From positions 882,388-946,387 of the forward strand of contig CAWJNJ010000005.1 in assembly GCA_963844245.1 (NCBI GenBank): a stretch of DNA of 64,000 nt. Reading direction: 5' to 3'. Of this stretch, positions 22,437 through 32,468 are shown one piece after another. Numbering within the stretch: position 1 is the stretch's first letter; the number at the start of each line of letters is the position of its first letter. The notes below the pieces were generated by a model, which was not told the DNA's origin, ran no database searches, and saw nothing but the letters and a program-made list of their open reading frames with translations. Both the position numbers and the translations under genes were made by a program. The stretch comes from an uncultured Acidobacteriota bacterium. Lineage in GTDB: Bacteria > Acidobacteriota > Vicinamibacteria > Vicinamibacterales > 2-12-FULL-66-21.

Positions 22437-22972
22437 TCAGAGCCGTCGGTCCACTCCGGATTGATGCGAGCGTAGAGCAGCTGGTCCTTTATGACGCCGT
22501 ACTTGACGCTGCTCGAGCGCAAGATTCCTTCGCGCGTGTAGCCCGCCTTCTCGAGGACGCGCGCCGAGGCGAGGTTGTCGGCAAACGGGAGCGCAAACAT
22601 CCGGAGCACGTTGCTCCTCGCGAACGCATGCTCGGTCAAGAGCACCAGCGCCTCGGTCACGATGCCACGCCCCCACATCGATTCACCCAGCCAGTAGCCG
22701 ATCTCGGCGGAGAACCGCTCGACATCACGGCCCGGCACGTAGCCGATGGCGCCGACGGCCGCGCCGGCGACCTCGATGGCCAGGTTGGTCGGATCGTCGG
22801 TGGACGTGGCGTGCTTGAGAAACGCCCTGGCATCCTCGCGCGTGTAGGGATTCGGAAAGCGGTCGCGCAGATGCTTCGCCACGTTGATGTTGTCGGCGTG
22901 CATCACCAGCGAGTCGGTATCCGACCGTCGCCAGGAGCGCACGGTGCAGCGGACGCCCTTCAGCGCGATCAT
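22437..22972 (-). CDS. GNAT (RimJ/RimL-like) N-acetyltransferase; 3' end unresolved
   Basis: The GNAT domain fills the first ~178 codons (...YWLGESMWGRGIVTEAL...ARVLEKAGYTREGI...). In this sequence the frame has no stop until 21803 and runs antisense through the DinB gene. The 3' coordinate given is the first stop in the neighbouring frame, so it is approximate. Confidence 0.6.
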
Positions 22973-23701
22973 CAGAACAACGTCCGACCATGGGCGCGGA
23001 GCCAGCGCTCGGCATCACGGTAGGAGGGACACGCCTGCTCGACGAGCGCCCAGAAGCGAGGGCCGTGATTCTGCTGGCGGAGATGCATCAGTTCGTGGAT
23101 CAGCACGTAGTCGCAGACCGCCGGCGGCATCTGGACGAGGCGAAAATTCAGCGCGATCGCTTTGGTACGCGAGCATGAGCCCCAGCGGGATCGCTGGTTG
23201 CGGATCGTCACCCTGCCGACCGTGAGTCCGTGCCGCGCGGCGAGTTCGAGAAGCCTCGGCACGAGCCGTTCGCGCGCCAGCTGCCGCATGTCCCGCTCGA
23301 TGTCCGGCCGAACATCGTCTGGATCCTTGACGCGAACTGAACGTCCGCCGTAATGGGCCAGGCTTCCAGCGGACGAGTGGGTGATCACGACCGGAACGTC
23401 GAGACCAGCGAGCTGGATGATGCTGCCGTGGTTCCACCGGACCGGTGTGTGCTCGCGCCGCACGCGGGCGCGCTCCCTCGCAATCCACGCGACCTGGCGC
23501 GCCACGAAAGCGATCGCTTCCGCGCGAGATCCACTCCGGGGGATGGTGACGCGAAGACTGCCGTCCGGCCGAACCCGCAGGATGTAGCGGCGGGCCCTGC
23601 CGGACGCGCACGAACTCGATACGGTCCGGAGGAGCGAACTCGAGGCGATCCTGTGGTTCCGGCCGCTCAGGCTCGATTTGAAATGGCAGATCGGGTTGCA
23701 C
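22972..23701 (-). CDS. YgjP-like (DUF45/M48-related) metal-dependent hydrolase; one frame break
   Basis: C-terminal HExxH region (VLIHELMHLRQQNHGPRFWAL). The N-terminal 35 codons lie in the 23701 frame, with the junction at a GGG/CCC run near 23595. Confidence 0.8.
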
Positions 23702-23724
23702 GAGCTGCCGAAATCATAACAGCG

Positions 23725-26145
23725 TCAGTCATTCCTCAGCGCGACGATCGGGTCCACCGCCATGGCGCGCCGGGCGGGGATGTAGCTCGCGATCGCGGCG
23801 GTCAGCGACAGGAACAATGCGACACCACCGAAACTGAGCGGGTCAGTCGGAGTCACGTTGTACAGAATCGACCGGATGACCCAGGTGACGCCGGCGGCGC
23901 CGGCCATCCCGAGCACGATCCCGATCCCCGCGAGCCGCAGCCCCTGCCCGACGATCAGACGGAGCACGTCGCGGCGCTCGGCGCCGAGCGCCACCCGCAC
24001 GCCGATCTCCTGGACGCGCTGCGAGACCGAATACGAGAGGACGCCGTAGACACCGATCGAGGCCAGCACCAGCGCGATGAACCCGAAGGTGGCGAACATC
24101 GATCCAAACAGTGCGAACTGCCAGAAGCTGAGACGGCGGAGCTCCTCGACGGTCTGCACACCAAACATCGGCAGCGTCGCGTCCGCGCTCCTTATCTGTT
24201 CGCGCACGGCGTTGGTGATCTGTGCGGGGTCACCCGCGACCCGAATGGTGATGCCCGTGTTCAACGTCGGCTCGTATGGATAGGGCACGTAGGCGGCGGG
24301 ATACTGCGGCTCGTCGCTCGTTTCCTGCTGATGGCTGAAGTCGGTCACCACGCCGATGACGGTGAACCAGTCTCCCTGCGTTCCGGGCGCCATGCGAAAG
24401 CGGCGTCCGATCGGATCCGCGTCTGGCCAGAGCCGTTTCGACATCGCCTGGTTGACCAGTGCGACTGGTGTCCGGCTCGCGCCTTCCGTGTCCGACATGT
24501 CACGGCCCGACACGAGCTTGACGTCGAGCGTCCGGAGCATGTGCGGCGTCACGCTCATCAACGAAATGCCTGGCTCGCGGCCGGCTTCGACGGCGCTCCC
24601 TTCGACGATGACCCGGCCCCCACCGCCGCCATTACCCATGGGCACCCAGTTGGACGCGAAGGCGGCCTGCACGCCAGGCAGCGCTTCGACGCGCTTCACG
24701 ATGTCATCGACTCGGCGCGCCTTGGCTTCGTCTGCCTCATACGCTGCACCAGGGAGGTAGAAGCGCATCGACATCAGCGGGGCCGTATCGAATCCGACGG
24801 TCGCTGACTGGAGGTTCAGGAAGCTGCGGACGAAGAGCGACGCGCCGACGAGGAGCACCAGCGCAAGCGCAACCTCCGCGATGACGAGCGTGTTCCGAAG
24901 GCGGGCGCGGGATCCGCCGGCGCTGCCACGGCCGCCCTCTTTCAGGCTGCTCTGAAGATTGCTCCGCACCGCCTGCAGTGCCGGCGCCAGCCCGAACACG
25001 ATCCCGGTCAGGAGTGAAATGAAGACGGTGTAAGCGATGGCACGGGCGTTCAAACTCCAGCGAATGAAGTAGGGCACTTCGTCAACCGGCATGGAGCTAT
25101 CGAGCAGCCTGATGCCGATCCACGCGATGCCGATGCCGAGCGGGGCGCTGACCAGCCCGATCATCATCGATTCGGTCAGCAGTTGCCGCACGATGCGCCA
25201 GCGTCCGGCGCCGAGCGCAGCGCGGATGGAGATTTCGCGATGGCGGACGGATGCGCGGGCCAGCAGCAGGTTCGCGACGTTGGAGCAGGCGATCAGCAGC
25301 ACAAGCGTCACCGCGCCCATCATCGTCAACATCACGAGCTCGACCTGCTCGGGCAGCATCCACTGGCTGAGCGTCCGGCTCGTCATCGTCCAGTTCTTGT
25401 TCTGGACGGGATAGGCGGTGGCGAGACGGGAGGCGATCGCCTGGAGCTCCTGCTCTGCCTGCTGTTGCGTGACACCAGGCTTCATCCGGGCGAACACGGA
25501 GTGCATCGGCCCCCGGTCATCGCGCAGGCCGGCGTCCTGGTAGGGCGCAATGGTGACCCAGAGGCGCTCTCTCTCAGGGAACAAGAACTTTTCGGGCATC
25601 ACGCCGATGACGGTATGTGGCCGTCCGTTGACGGTAATCGCCCGGCCGACGATCTCTCGGTCTTGCTGATAGCGCACCGTCCACAGCTCGTGACTGAGCA
25701 TCACGACCGGCTCGGCCCCTGGCTTATCGTCCTGCGCAGTAAAGTCCCGCCCCTCGATCGGCCGGGCGCCGAGCATCTGGAACAGGGTCCAGCTGACCGT
25801 GGCGCCGCGGTAGCGTTCGGCGTCGCGGCCGGGGTCGGCGATCGTCAGGCTGCGCATCGCGATCGCGGCCAGGGATTCGAAGCTGGTGGCGGAATCACGC
25901 ACGTCTTTGAAGTCGGCGTAGGAGAGCGGCCCGCGGTTGACCCGCTCTTCCAGGTTCCTCGAGTGCAGAATGATCAGCCGTTCCCCATCCGGGTAGCTGA
26001 CGGGATGAAGGATGACCCCGTCCACCACGCTGAAGATCGTCGCGTTGACGCCGATGCCAAGCGCGAGGCACGCCACCGCGATCGCGGTAAAGCCGGGGTG
26101 TTTGATCAGCGAGCGGAAGGCATAGCGGACGTCCTGCAGCAGCAT
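23725..26145 (-). CDS. ADOP-family duplicated MacB/FtsX-type permease (intact)
   Basis: 806 aa. N-terminus MLLQDVRYAFRSLIKHPGFTAIAVACLALGIGVNATIFSVVDGV, two FtsX modules, C-terminus [16 protein letters not shown]. Confidence 0.9.
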   Translation of the reverse strand: MLLQDVRYAFRSLIKHPGFTAIAVACLALGIGVNATIFSVVDGVILHPVSYPDGERLIILHSRNLEERVNRGPLSYADFKDVRDSATSFESLAAIAMRSLTIADPGRDAERYRGATVSWTLFQMLGARPIEGRDFTAQDDKPGAEPVVMLSHELWTVRYQQDREIVGRAITVNGRPHTVIGVMPEKFLFPERERLWVTIAPYQDAGLRDDRGPMHSVFARMKPGVTQQQAEQELQAIASRLATAYPVQNKNWTMTSRTLSQWMLPEQVELVMLTMMGAVTLVLLIACSNVANLLLARASVRHREISIRAALGAGRWRIVRQLLTESMMIGLVSAPLGIGIAWIGIRLLDSSMPVDEVPYFIRWSLNARAIAYTVFISLLTGIVFGLAPALQAVRSNLQSSLKEGGRGSAGGSRARLRNTLVIAEVALALVLLVGASLFVRSFLNLQSATVGFDTAPLMSMRFYLPGAAYEADEAKARRVDDIVKRVEALPGVQAAFASNWVPMGNGGGGGRVIVEGSAVEAGREPGISLMSVTPHMLRTLDVKLVSGRDMSDTEGASRTPVALVNQAMSKRLWPDADPIGRRFRMAPGTQGDWFTVIGVVTDFSHQQETSDEPQYPAAYVPYPYEPTLNTGITIRVAGDPAQITNAVREQIRSADATLPMFGVQTVEELRRLSFWQFALFGSMFATFGFIALVLASIGVYGVLSYSVSQRVQEIGVRVALGAERRDVLRLIVGQGLRLAGIGIVLGMAGAAGVTWVIRSILYNVTPTDPLSFGGVALFLSLTAAIASYIPARRAMAVDPIVALRND

Positions 26146-26223
26146 GTTGGGCTTAGACGGCCGGGATGATTGGCGGGTTCAACCGCGCTTTGCGCGATGC
26201 ATTGGCGTGGTGAAATAGGGCTG

Positions 26224-26649
26224 ATGTCCGTCCTCGACAACCTCATTCACATGCTCGCGCCACTGACGGCCAACTGCAGCGACTTCAAGGATCAGTGGGA
26301 AAAGGCCTCGCGACGGCCGTCCGGGGACGTCGGCGGGTGCTGGGAGGGCGAGTGGATCAGCGCCGCCACCGGCCACCGTGGACGGCTCCGTTGTGCTGTC
26401 GACCCGGTCAGCGCCGAGCTGTGGCGGATGTCATTTCGAGGCGAGTATTCGAAGGTCTTCCGCGCCTGCTACGCGACCGATTTCCACGTGGTGCCGGAGG
26501 ACGGCCGCTGGACGTTCAGCGGTGGCTCCAATCTCGGCGCCCTGGCGGGTGGCGCATACGAATACCGGGGATCGGCGACGCTCGACGCGCTGACCTGCAG
26601 TTACAAGTCGGCACGGGACCACGGCGAGTTCAGGTTAAGGAAGATCTAA
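26224..26649 (+). CDS. hypothetical protein
   Basis: 141 aa from ATG 26224 (MSVLDNLIHML...). No recognisable family; coding-like composition only. Confidence 0.4.
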   Translation: MSVLDNLIHMLAPLTANCSDFKDQWEKASRRPSGDVGGCWEGEWISAATGHRGRLRCAVDPVSAELWRMSFRGEYSKVFRACYATDFHVVPEDGRWTFSGGSNLGALAGGAYEYRGSATLDALTCSYKSARDHGEFRLRKI

Positions 26650-26832
26650 AACCGCGGCCCCTTCGGGATGCATGCACGGGTCCCCGGCGTGCCTTCGGCA
26701 ACGCACGACGGCACGACGACGCTACGATACAGCCCTTGTTCGTTCTTCAAGTCGTGGCTTCACGAGATATTCTCAAGTAGGAAGCCGTCGCCGTTCGCGG
26801 CAGGACGTTGGACAACCTGAATCACCGTCGCT

Positions 26833-27228
26833 TTAGCAGTGCTGCCGGATCCAATCGGCGATCGCTTCTTCGGAAGTACCGCCATCGGCCAAGGCTAGGA
26901 TCATGGTGACCACGTCGGCTTCGGTGGCCGAAAAGTCGTGCCCGTTCACGCCGAGGAACGTGACCATGGCCAAGAATCCGATGCGTTTGTTGCCATCGAG
27001 GTACGGGTGGTTCTGCACGAACCCAAACGCGTAGGCCGCGGCGAGCATCGCCAGGTCAGTGCGATCCGAGTTGTGCCACTTCTGTTGCGGCCTGGCCAGA
27101 GCCGATTCGAGAACGTTCTCATCCCGGACGCCTGGCAGCCCTCCGTGTTCGCGGAGTTGGTCGTTGTGGATGGCGTCGACGACCGTGCGGGTTAGCCACT
27201 TGGGCTCTGGCCCACGACGCTTGGCCAC
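26833..27228 (-). CDS. doc: Doc (death-on-curing) family toxin
   Basis: 131 aa with the Fic/Doc motif HPYLDGNKRIG. The GTG start lies 3 nt after the reconstructed antitoxin stop. Confidence 0.85.
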   Translation of the reverse strand: MAKRRGPEPKWLTRTVVDAIHNDQLREHGGLPGVRDENVLESALARPQQKWHNSDRTDLAMLAAAYAFGFVQNHPYLDGNKRIGFLAMVTFLGVNGHDFSATEADVVTMILALADGGTSEEAIADWIRQHC

Positions 27229-27231
27229 CCG

Positions 27232-27458
27232 CTACTTCGCCAACTCTCGAAGGGCGTTGCGGTACTCTTGGCGGCTTTAGAGGCGACTCGCAGGGCCCGT
27301 TCGGTGTCAGGGTCGTAGGGTGTCAGGAGAATCCCACGATCTGTCTCCACCGCAAGGACACGGTCACCAGCCTCGAGTCGCAAGCGGTCGGCCATATCCT
27401 TGGGTAGCGTGGCGCTTACCGACCCCCCGGCTTGACGCAGGGTAACTTCCTTGGTCAT
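27232..27458 (-). CDS. AbrB/MazE (SpoVT-AbrB)-type antitoxin; 3'-terminal frame break
   Basis: MTKEVTLRQAGGSVSATLPKDMADRLRLEAGDRVLAVE is an AbrB-type swapped-hairpin fold. Restoring one base near 27266 gives ...AAKEYRNALRELAK-TAG. As written the ORF runs to 27192. Confidence 0.7.
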
Positions 27459-27492
27459 GTCGTTTACGGTAGCATATTAGTGCTACGGTAGG
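27459..27492 (-). promoter_or_regulatory. putative promoter/operator of the antitoxin-doc operon
   Basis: On the coding strand, a TAATAT -10-like box about 20 nt upstream of the ATG is bracketed by a direct repeat CTACCGTA (plus-strand TACGGTAG at 27465 and 27484). No good -35 box. Confidence 0.35.
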
Positions 27493-27577
27493 CCGCACGG
27501 GCGTTTTTTAAGGGAAGGGCGGGGTCCGATCATGGCCCACCGCGGCCGAACGGATGACGTCAGGAAGACAACCGTAG

Positions 27578-27607
27578 TTTTCCATTTTCTATCTTCCATT
27601 TACCATC
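27578..27607. repeat. solo arm related to the ATGG-heptad hairpin family
   Basis: ttttccattttctatcttccatttaccatc shares ttccatttaccatc exactly with the right arm of the 40842-40954 element. Only a weak partner (aagggaaggg) lies upstream. Confidence 0.5.
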
Positions 27608-27639
27608 AGCCGGGTTTCTCACCGGCGGGTCAGGAAGCT

Positions 27640-28068
27640 CTAGAACCTGAACAGCGGGCGTCCAGCCGGCATGCCTGGCCAGGGGATCGAGGCCAGGATC
27701 GCCACCAGGGCGAGGCCGTAGAAGATCATCGCGAGCCTGCCGCGACGCTCGGCCGGCGCTTTCTTGATCTTCGCGGCGCCGATATGCGCGAGCGCAATCG
27801 CGATGACCATCCCGAACACGTGCTCGACGGCAAAGAACCGCAGCTGCGGGGTCTTCATGGCGGCACCAAAATCACCGAGCGCCGCCGTCGTGAACGGGCT
27901 GAGGACGAAGTAGAGCAGCAGCCCGATCAGCATCTGCACGTCCAGCAGGATCGTGAACCACCGGCCGGTGCTCGAATCGCGCTCGCCGCCACGCGCGACT
28001 GCGGCGATGCCTGCCGCCAGCACGGCCCAGCGCAGCCAGGAGTGGATGATCAGGACGATTCCGTACAT
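27640..28068 (-). CDS. hypothetical integral membrane protein
   Basis: 142 aa with four predicted TM helices. No family recognised. Confidence 0.55.
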   Translation of the reverse strand: MYGIVLIIHSWLRWAVLAAGIAAVARGGERDSSTGRWFTILLDVQMLIGLLLYFVLSPFTTAALGDFGAAMKTPQLRFFAVEHVFGMVIAIALAHIGAAKIKKAPAERRGRLAMIFYGLALVAILASIPWPGMPAGRPLFRF

Positions 28069-28073
28069 TCGCG

Positions 28074-28696
28074 CTATTTCCCTTCAGCCGCTTCGCGGTC
28101 CGCCGCCACGCGGCCCAGAATGACCAGCATTTCCCTGATCGTCGAACGCCCGGCGTCTTCCGTATACCACGTTGTTGACGTGCTCGTAGAGCGCACCGGA
28201 GGTGACCTTGGGCTTGTTCTCCAGGTACCACTTCTGCAGCTCCGCGGGCCGCTCCACCCAGCCACCCACGTAGCGGTTGTTCTCGTCGAGGACGATGATC
28301 GTCGGCGTGGCGAGGCGGCCGTCCGGCGTGAGGTGCGCGGACTGGATGCGGCTCCCTTCGGCTCGTCCGATGACCCTGAGTTCCAGTTTCTCGGGCACGG
28401 CGGCCGCCAGTTTGGCGACGTAGGGCACCGCCCACGCCGAATCGCTGCAGCGATCCTCGGCAACGACAAGAATCCTGCGCCGCGCCGGCAGGGCCTTCGC
28501 TTCCGTCAGTGCGGCTGCCTCTATCGCCGCATCGGCAAAGCGTGGTTTCCATTGATCCTGTCGCGCCTTGACGTTCTCGAGGAAGACGTGGAACGGCGTC
28601 GCCTTCTCCCAGAGCGCGGGGTAATCGATCTGGAGGGCGTGAACGGCCGTTGTGGCGGCGAGAAGCGGCGCAAGCGGCGCCCAGCAGCGTCTTCAT
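28074..28696 (-). CDS. thioredoxin-like (Thioredoxin_9-type) exported protein; two frame breaks
   Basis: Reconstructed as MKTLLGA.. signal peptide, then ...RRILVVAEDRCSDSAWAVPYVAKLAAAVPEKLELRVIGR...ATPTIIVLDENNRYVGGWVERP... and ...WYTEDAGRSTIREMLVIL. The pieces lie in three frames, joined near 28672 and near 28180. Confidence 0.65.
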
Positions 28697-28721
28697 TGGG
28701 CAAGTATGCCGTAAGTAGCCG

Positions 28722-29535
28722 TTATCGGGAGGGAATGCTGCCGATGAATCGCTCGATCGCCGGCCAGTACGCCGGGTGGTCGGTGTGCAGATCGTTGTGG
28801 TCGGCGCCGGTCAGGACCGCGAACGTCTTCGTCGGAGTGGACGCGTCGTGAAAGACTCGCTGCCCGGCACTGAAACGGGATGATCGAGTCGGCGTCGCCG
28901 TGGATCACCAGGAGCGGGGACCGATAGCCCTCGAGGTGCTGCGCGGTCGAGAACGTGTAGGACGCGAAGAAACTGAGTGCGAGCATGATCGGGTTGCCGG
29001 CGAAGAGCGACCGCACATCGGGGAAGGGGCTTTCGAGGATCAGCCCGTCGGGCGGGGCGTTGCGCGCCGCATAGGACGCCACGGCGCAGCCAAGAGACCG
29101 ACCCCAGTAGAGCGTCGGGGTACCCGGCCGGCGCAGGTGCTGATTGAAGTAGGCCGTCGCCGCTTCTGCGTCGCGATAGAGACCACGCTCGGATGGGCTG
29201 CCGCTGCTGTCGCCATAGCCGCGGTAATCGACCGCCATGACACTGAAGCCGCGGTGCCTGAGATCGGCGAGCACCGGCATCCACATCGACAGGTTGCCGC
29301 CGTTGCCGTGCCAGTAGATCACCTGCGCTCGAGGCGAGGGATGCTCGATCCACCATCCGTGCAAGGTCTCGCCGTCCGCCGTGTCGATCTTCAGATCAGT
29401 GAATGGCAACCCGGCGGCCGCGGGCGTCTGCTGCACACCGCGCGTCGGGACGAAGGCCATGCGCGGCTCCAGCCACCTGGCCATCGCCCACAGGGTAACG
29501 GCAACGACGACCGCACTGATCAGCAGACCGCGCAT
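28722..29535 (-). CDS. alpha/beta hydrolase; one frame break
   Basis: HGNGGN oxyanion region, nucleophile elbow GRSLG, VIHGDADSIIPF. An extra C near 28866 shifts the last ~45 codons; the reconstructed end is ...ADHNDLH...ERFIGSIPSR-TAA at 28722. The as-written ORF ends at 28693. Confidence 0.75.
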
Positions 29536-29557
29536 GGATCGAATCGCGTCACCTGTC

Positions 29558-32404
29558 TCATTTCACTGGACCCAGGTAGGTGTCGAACCAGTTGAGGATT
29601 TCGCGGTAGAACTCGCGCATGTCGCTCGGCACATGACCGCCGGCGAGGCGGGCGAGACGCTTACGATCCGGCGGTGTGCCGAGCAGCTCGAGAAACCGCC
29701 GCTGGTCGTGCTCGGGCACGTTGAAGTCATCGCGGCCGTTGACCAGCAGCACCGGGATCTTGATTCGCGGCATGAAGTTCGCCGTCTGAATCTCGGGGAC
29801 GGTGTTGTATCGAAGGCCGCCGGCGGCGAAGACTGCCGTTTTGATCCGTGGTTCGAGGGCGACAGGAATCGGACCGACGAACGCACCGTGACTCATGCCG
29901 TAGTAGCCAAGTCGCGTTTTGTCGATATCGGGCCTGGTCTCGAGGTAGTCGACTGCGCGAAAGAAGTCCTTCGCGTACAGCACGAACCGGTCTCGCACCG
30001 CGCGCTGGCCCGGAGGCTCAGGCTTCCGCCGCTCGAACGTGCCGAAGTAAACCGGGTACAACACCGCCCGCCCGCTGCGCACGATGAAGTCGAACGACAT
30101 GAGATCGAGGTAGGTGCTGGAAGATACCTCGCGCGCGTGGGAGTTCGGGAAGTACACCACGGTTTGGTACGGGGGTTTGACGTGCTTCGGGATGAAGAGG
30201 TACGCGGGAATACGCTCGCCGCCGTAGGCAGCGGCGAAGCTGACGGTTTCCATCCTCCAGTGCTGCGGCGTGTCGTCGGATGCTTCCACCTTCGCATCGA
30301 GCGGATTGCGGTCGTACGCGTAAAACCCCCGTAGCAACTCGAACTGCTCGTCGGAGACGGGCACGAGGCTCTGCGGATCCCCTTCGACGCGAGCGATGGG
30401 TTTCGAGAGGTCGGTGGTGGCGACGCCGCTCTTCGCCTCCTTGATCAGGCGCATCCCGAACGTAACCGCCCTCGCCCACGGATCGCGCGCCTCCGGCTCG
30501 CGGAAGCGATACGTCGGGTCGTTCCAGCCGCCGCCAAGGATGTAGCGGAGCCCGGTCGTGCCGGATTCGTTGAGGGACCACTCCTGGATGTTCCCTGCCA
30601 TGTCGTAGCGTGCCCCACGGACCGACACTCTGGCGCGCACCGACTTTGGCCGGTCCCTTCGCATCGAACTGGCTCACCCGCAGGACGTCGGAGAAGATGT
30701 CGTCCATGCCGGACGCGGCCCGCCAGTGATAGAACGTCGGCAGCGACTTGCCGGCAAACCGGGCGTAGGCCGCGGCTTCGAACCAGCTGATGCCGCCGAC
30801 GGGATAGTCTTCCTGGCCTTCGGGATAACTTCCGAGCTCCCACGTCGCCGGCCCGCTGCGTCCGGTCCTGTCACGCAGCCGATCCATCGCCTGTTCAAAC
30901 GAGACTGAAGAGCTGCCGTCGCGCGGCAGCTCTGCCCAGTACTTCGCGTCGGTGTATCCGCCGGCCTCGACGAACTTCTTGAACTCGCGATTGGTGACTT
31001 CGTACTTGTCGATCCAGTAGTCGGCAAGCTGCACGGTCCCGGCGACGCCGACGAGTAACCGGTCCGCCGGGCACGAACATCATGCCCGGCACTGCGTCCG
31101 CCTCCGGCACCAATCTCGAGTGTCGGGCGCCCAACCGAGTAGGTCACGTCCATCGGCAGGTAGCCGGGCTTCGAGACGCGGAGCCGGTAGAGCGCGAGGG
31201 GCAGATGGTGATCCCGGACGGGCGTGGTACCCAGTGACTCCCACGCGCCATCCTCATCGACGTAGTCCCGGACCGAAACCTCGGCCCCGGCGGGATCGGT
31301 GGCGGTGTCGAACGGAAACCACGCGGCGCGGATCCGCGCGACGTCCTCGGTGGCGTAAGGCTCAACTTGCCTGGCGAGCCGAACCGCCTGGAGCGACTGC
31401 TCGGTGTGCTGGAGCCGCTCAATTTCCGGAATGGTTTCGCGCTGCGCCAGTCGCGCGCGTCGTATGTTTACAGTCTGCCAGGCACCGAAGCCCGCGGCTG
31501 CCAGCAGCAGCAGCGCCATCGGGAACGAGCACGGCCGGGCGGCGCCACGCTGACTCCTCCGGACGGTTGAGCCGAGCCAGCGCCGCGGCGAGATCCGCAC
31601 GCATCGCGCCGGCGTCGGGGTAGCGGTCTTTGGGGTCCTTCGCCAGCGCCCTCGTGACGATCGCGTCCACGTCGGCCGGCGCGTCGGCGCGCGCCGCTGC
31701 GCAGAGGGGCTGGCGGGTCGCGAAGGATCGCGGTCACGAGCCCGCGTCCGACGAGCCCGGCAAACGGCCGGCGCCCTGTCAGCATCTCGTAGAGCACGCC
31801 GCCGAGCGAGAAGACATCAGACCACGCGCCGACGCGCTCACCCTGCGCCTGCTCCGGCGACATGTACGCCGGCGTGCCCATCACCGCGCCGGGCCGGGTC
31901 GCGAGCGCGGTGAGGGTTGCGTCCGAGGCGGCCCGCTCGACCAGCTTCGCCAGCCCGAAGTCGAGCACCTTCACCCTGCCGTCGCGCGTGACCACGATGT
32001 TCGCCGGCTTGATGTCGCGATGCACGATTCCGCTCGCGTGCGCCGCCTCGAGCGCCGCCGCCGACTGCACGCGCGTAGTCGAGCGCGGTGGCGACAGGCA
32101 TCGGCGCCCCGGCAATCAGCCGGTCGAGCGGCGTCCCGTCGACCAGCTCCATCGCGATGAACGTGGTGCCGTTGTCGCTGCCAATCTCGTAGATCGTGAC
32201 GATGTTCGGATGGTTGAGGGCCGAGGCGGAGCGGGCCTCCTGGACGAAACGCTGGTGCCGCTCGGGATCGGCAGTCGCATCCGGCGGCAAGACCTTGATG
32301 GCGACCGCACGTCCAAGCTTCGGGTCGAGAGCCCGATACACGATGCCCATCCCGCCGCGCCCGAGCTCCGCCTCGACGCGGTAGTGAGAGATCTGCTCAA
32401 TCAT
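29558..32404 (-). pseudogene. Ser/Thr protein kinase - TM - FGE/SUMF1-like - alpha/beta-hydrolase fusion gene broken by six +1 frame breaks (pseudogene or assembly error)
   Basis: Seven consecutive ORF pieces join end to end. They are: kinase subdomains ([41 protein letters not shown]); a TM helix (ALLLLAAAGFGAW); an FGE-sulfatase domain (GMMFVPGGP...YWIDKYEVTNREF...YDMAGNIQEW); and a C-terminal dienelactone/S9-like hydrolase (GYYGMSHGA...VNGRDD). Junctions lie near 32075, 31700, 31550, 31120, 31055 and 30610. Confidence 0.75.
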
Positions 32405-32468
32405 CCAGGTCTGAACCCCGGTGCATCATACGCTGGAACATTCAGGTCGTTCTGGGGTCCACTTACCC

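Noticed and set aside
26224-29535. The Doc toxin-antitoxin neighbourhood as a larger accessory or defence island
   Set aside because: The flanking genes are an uncharacterised small protein, a membrane protein, a thioredoxin-like protein and an alpha/beta hydrolase. There are no nucleases, helicases or NTPases, and no clear compositional shift beyond short intergenic stretches.
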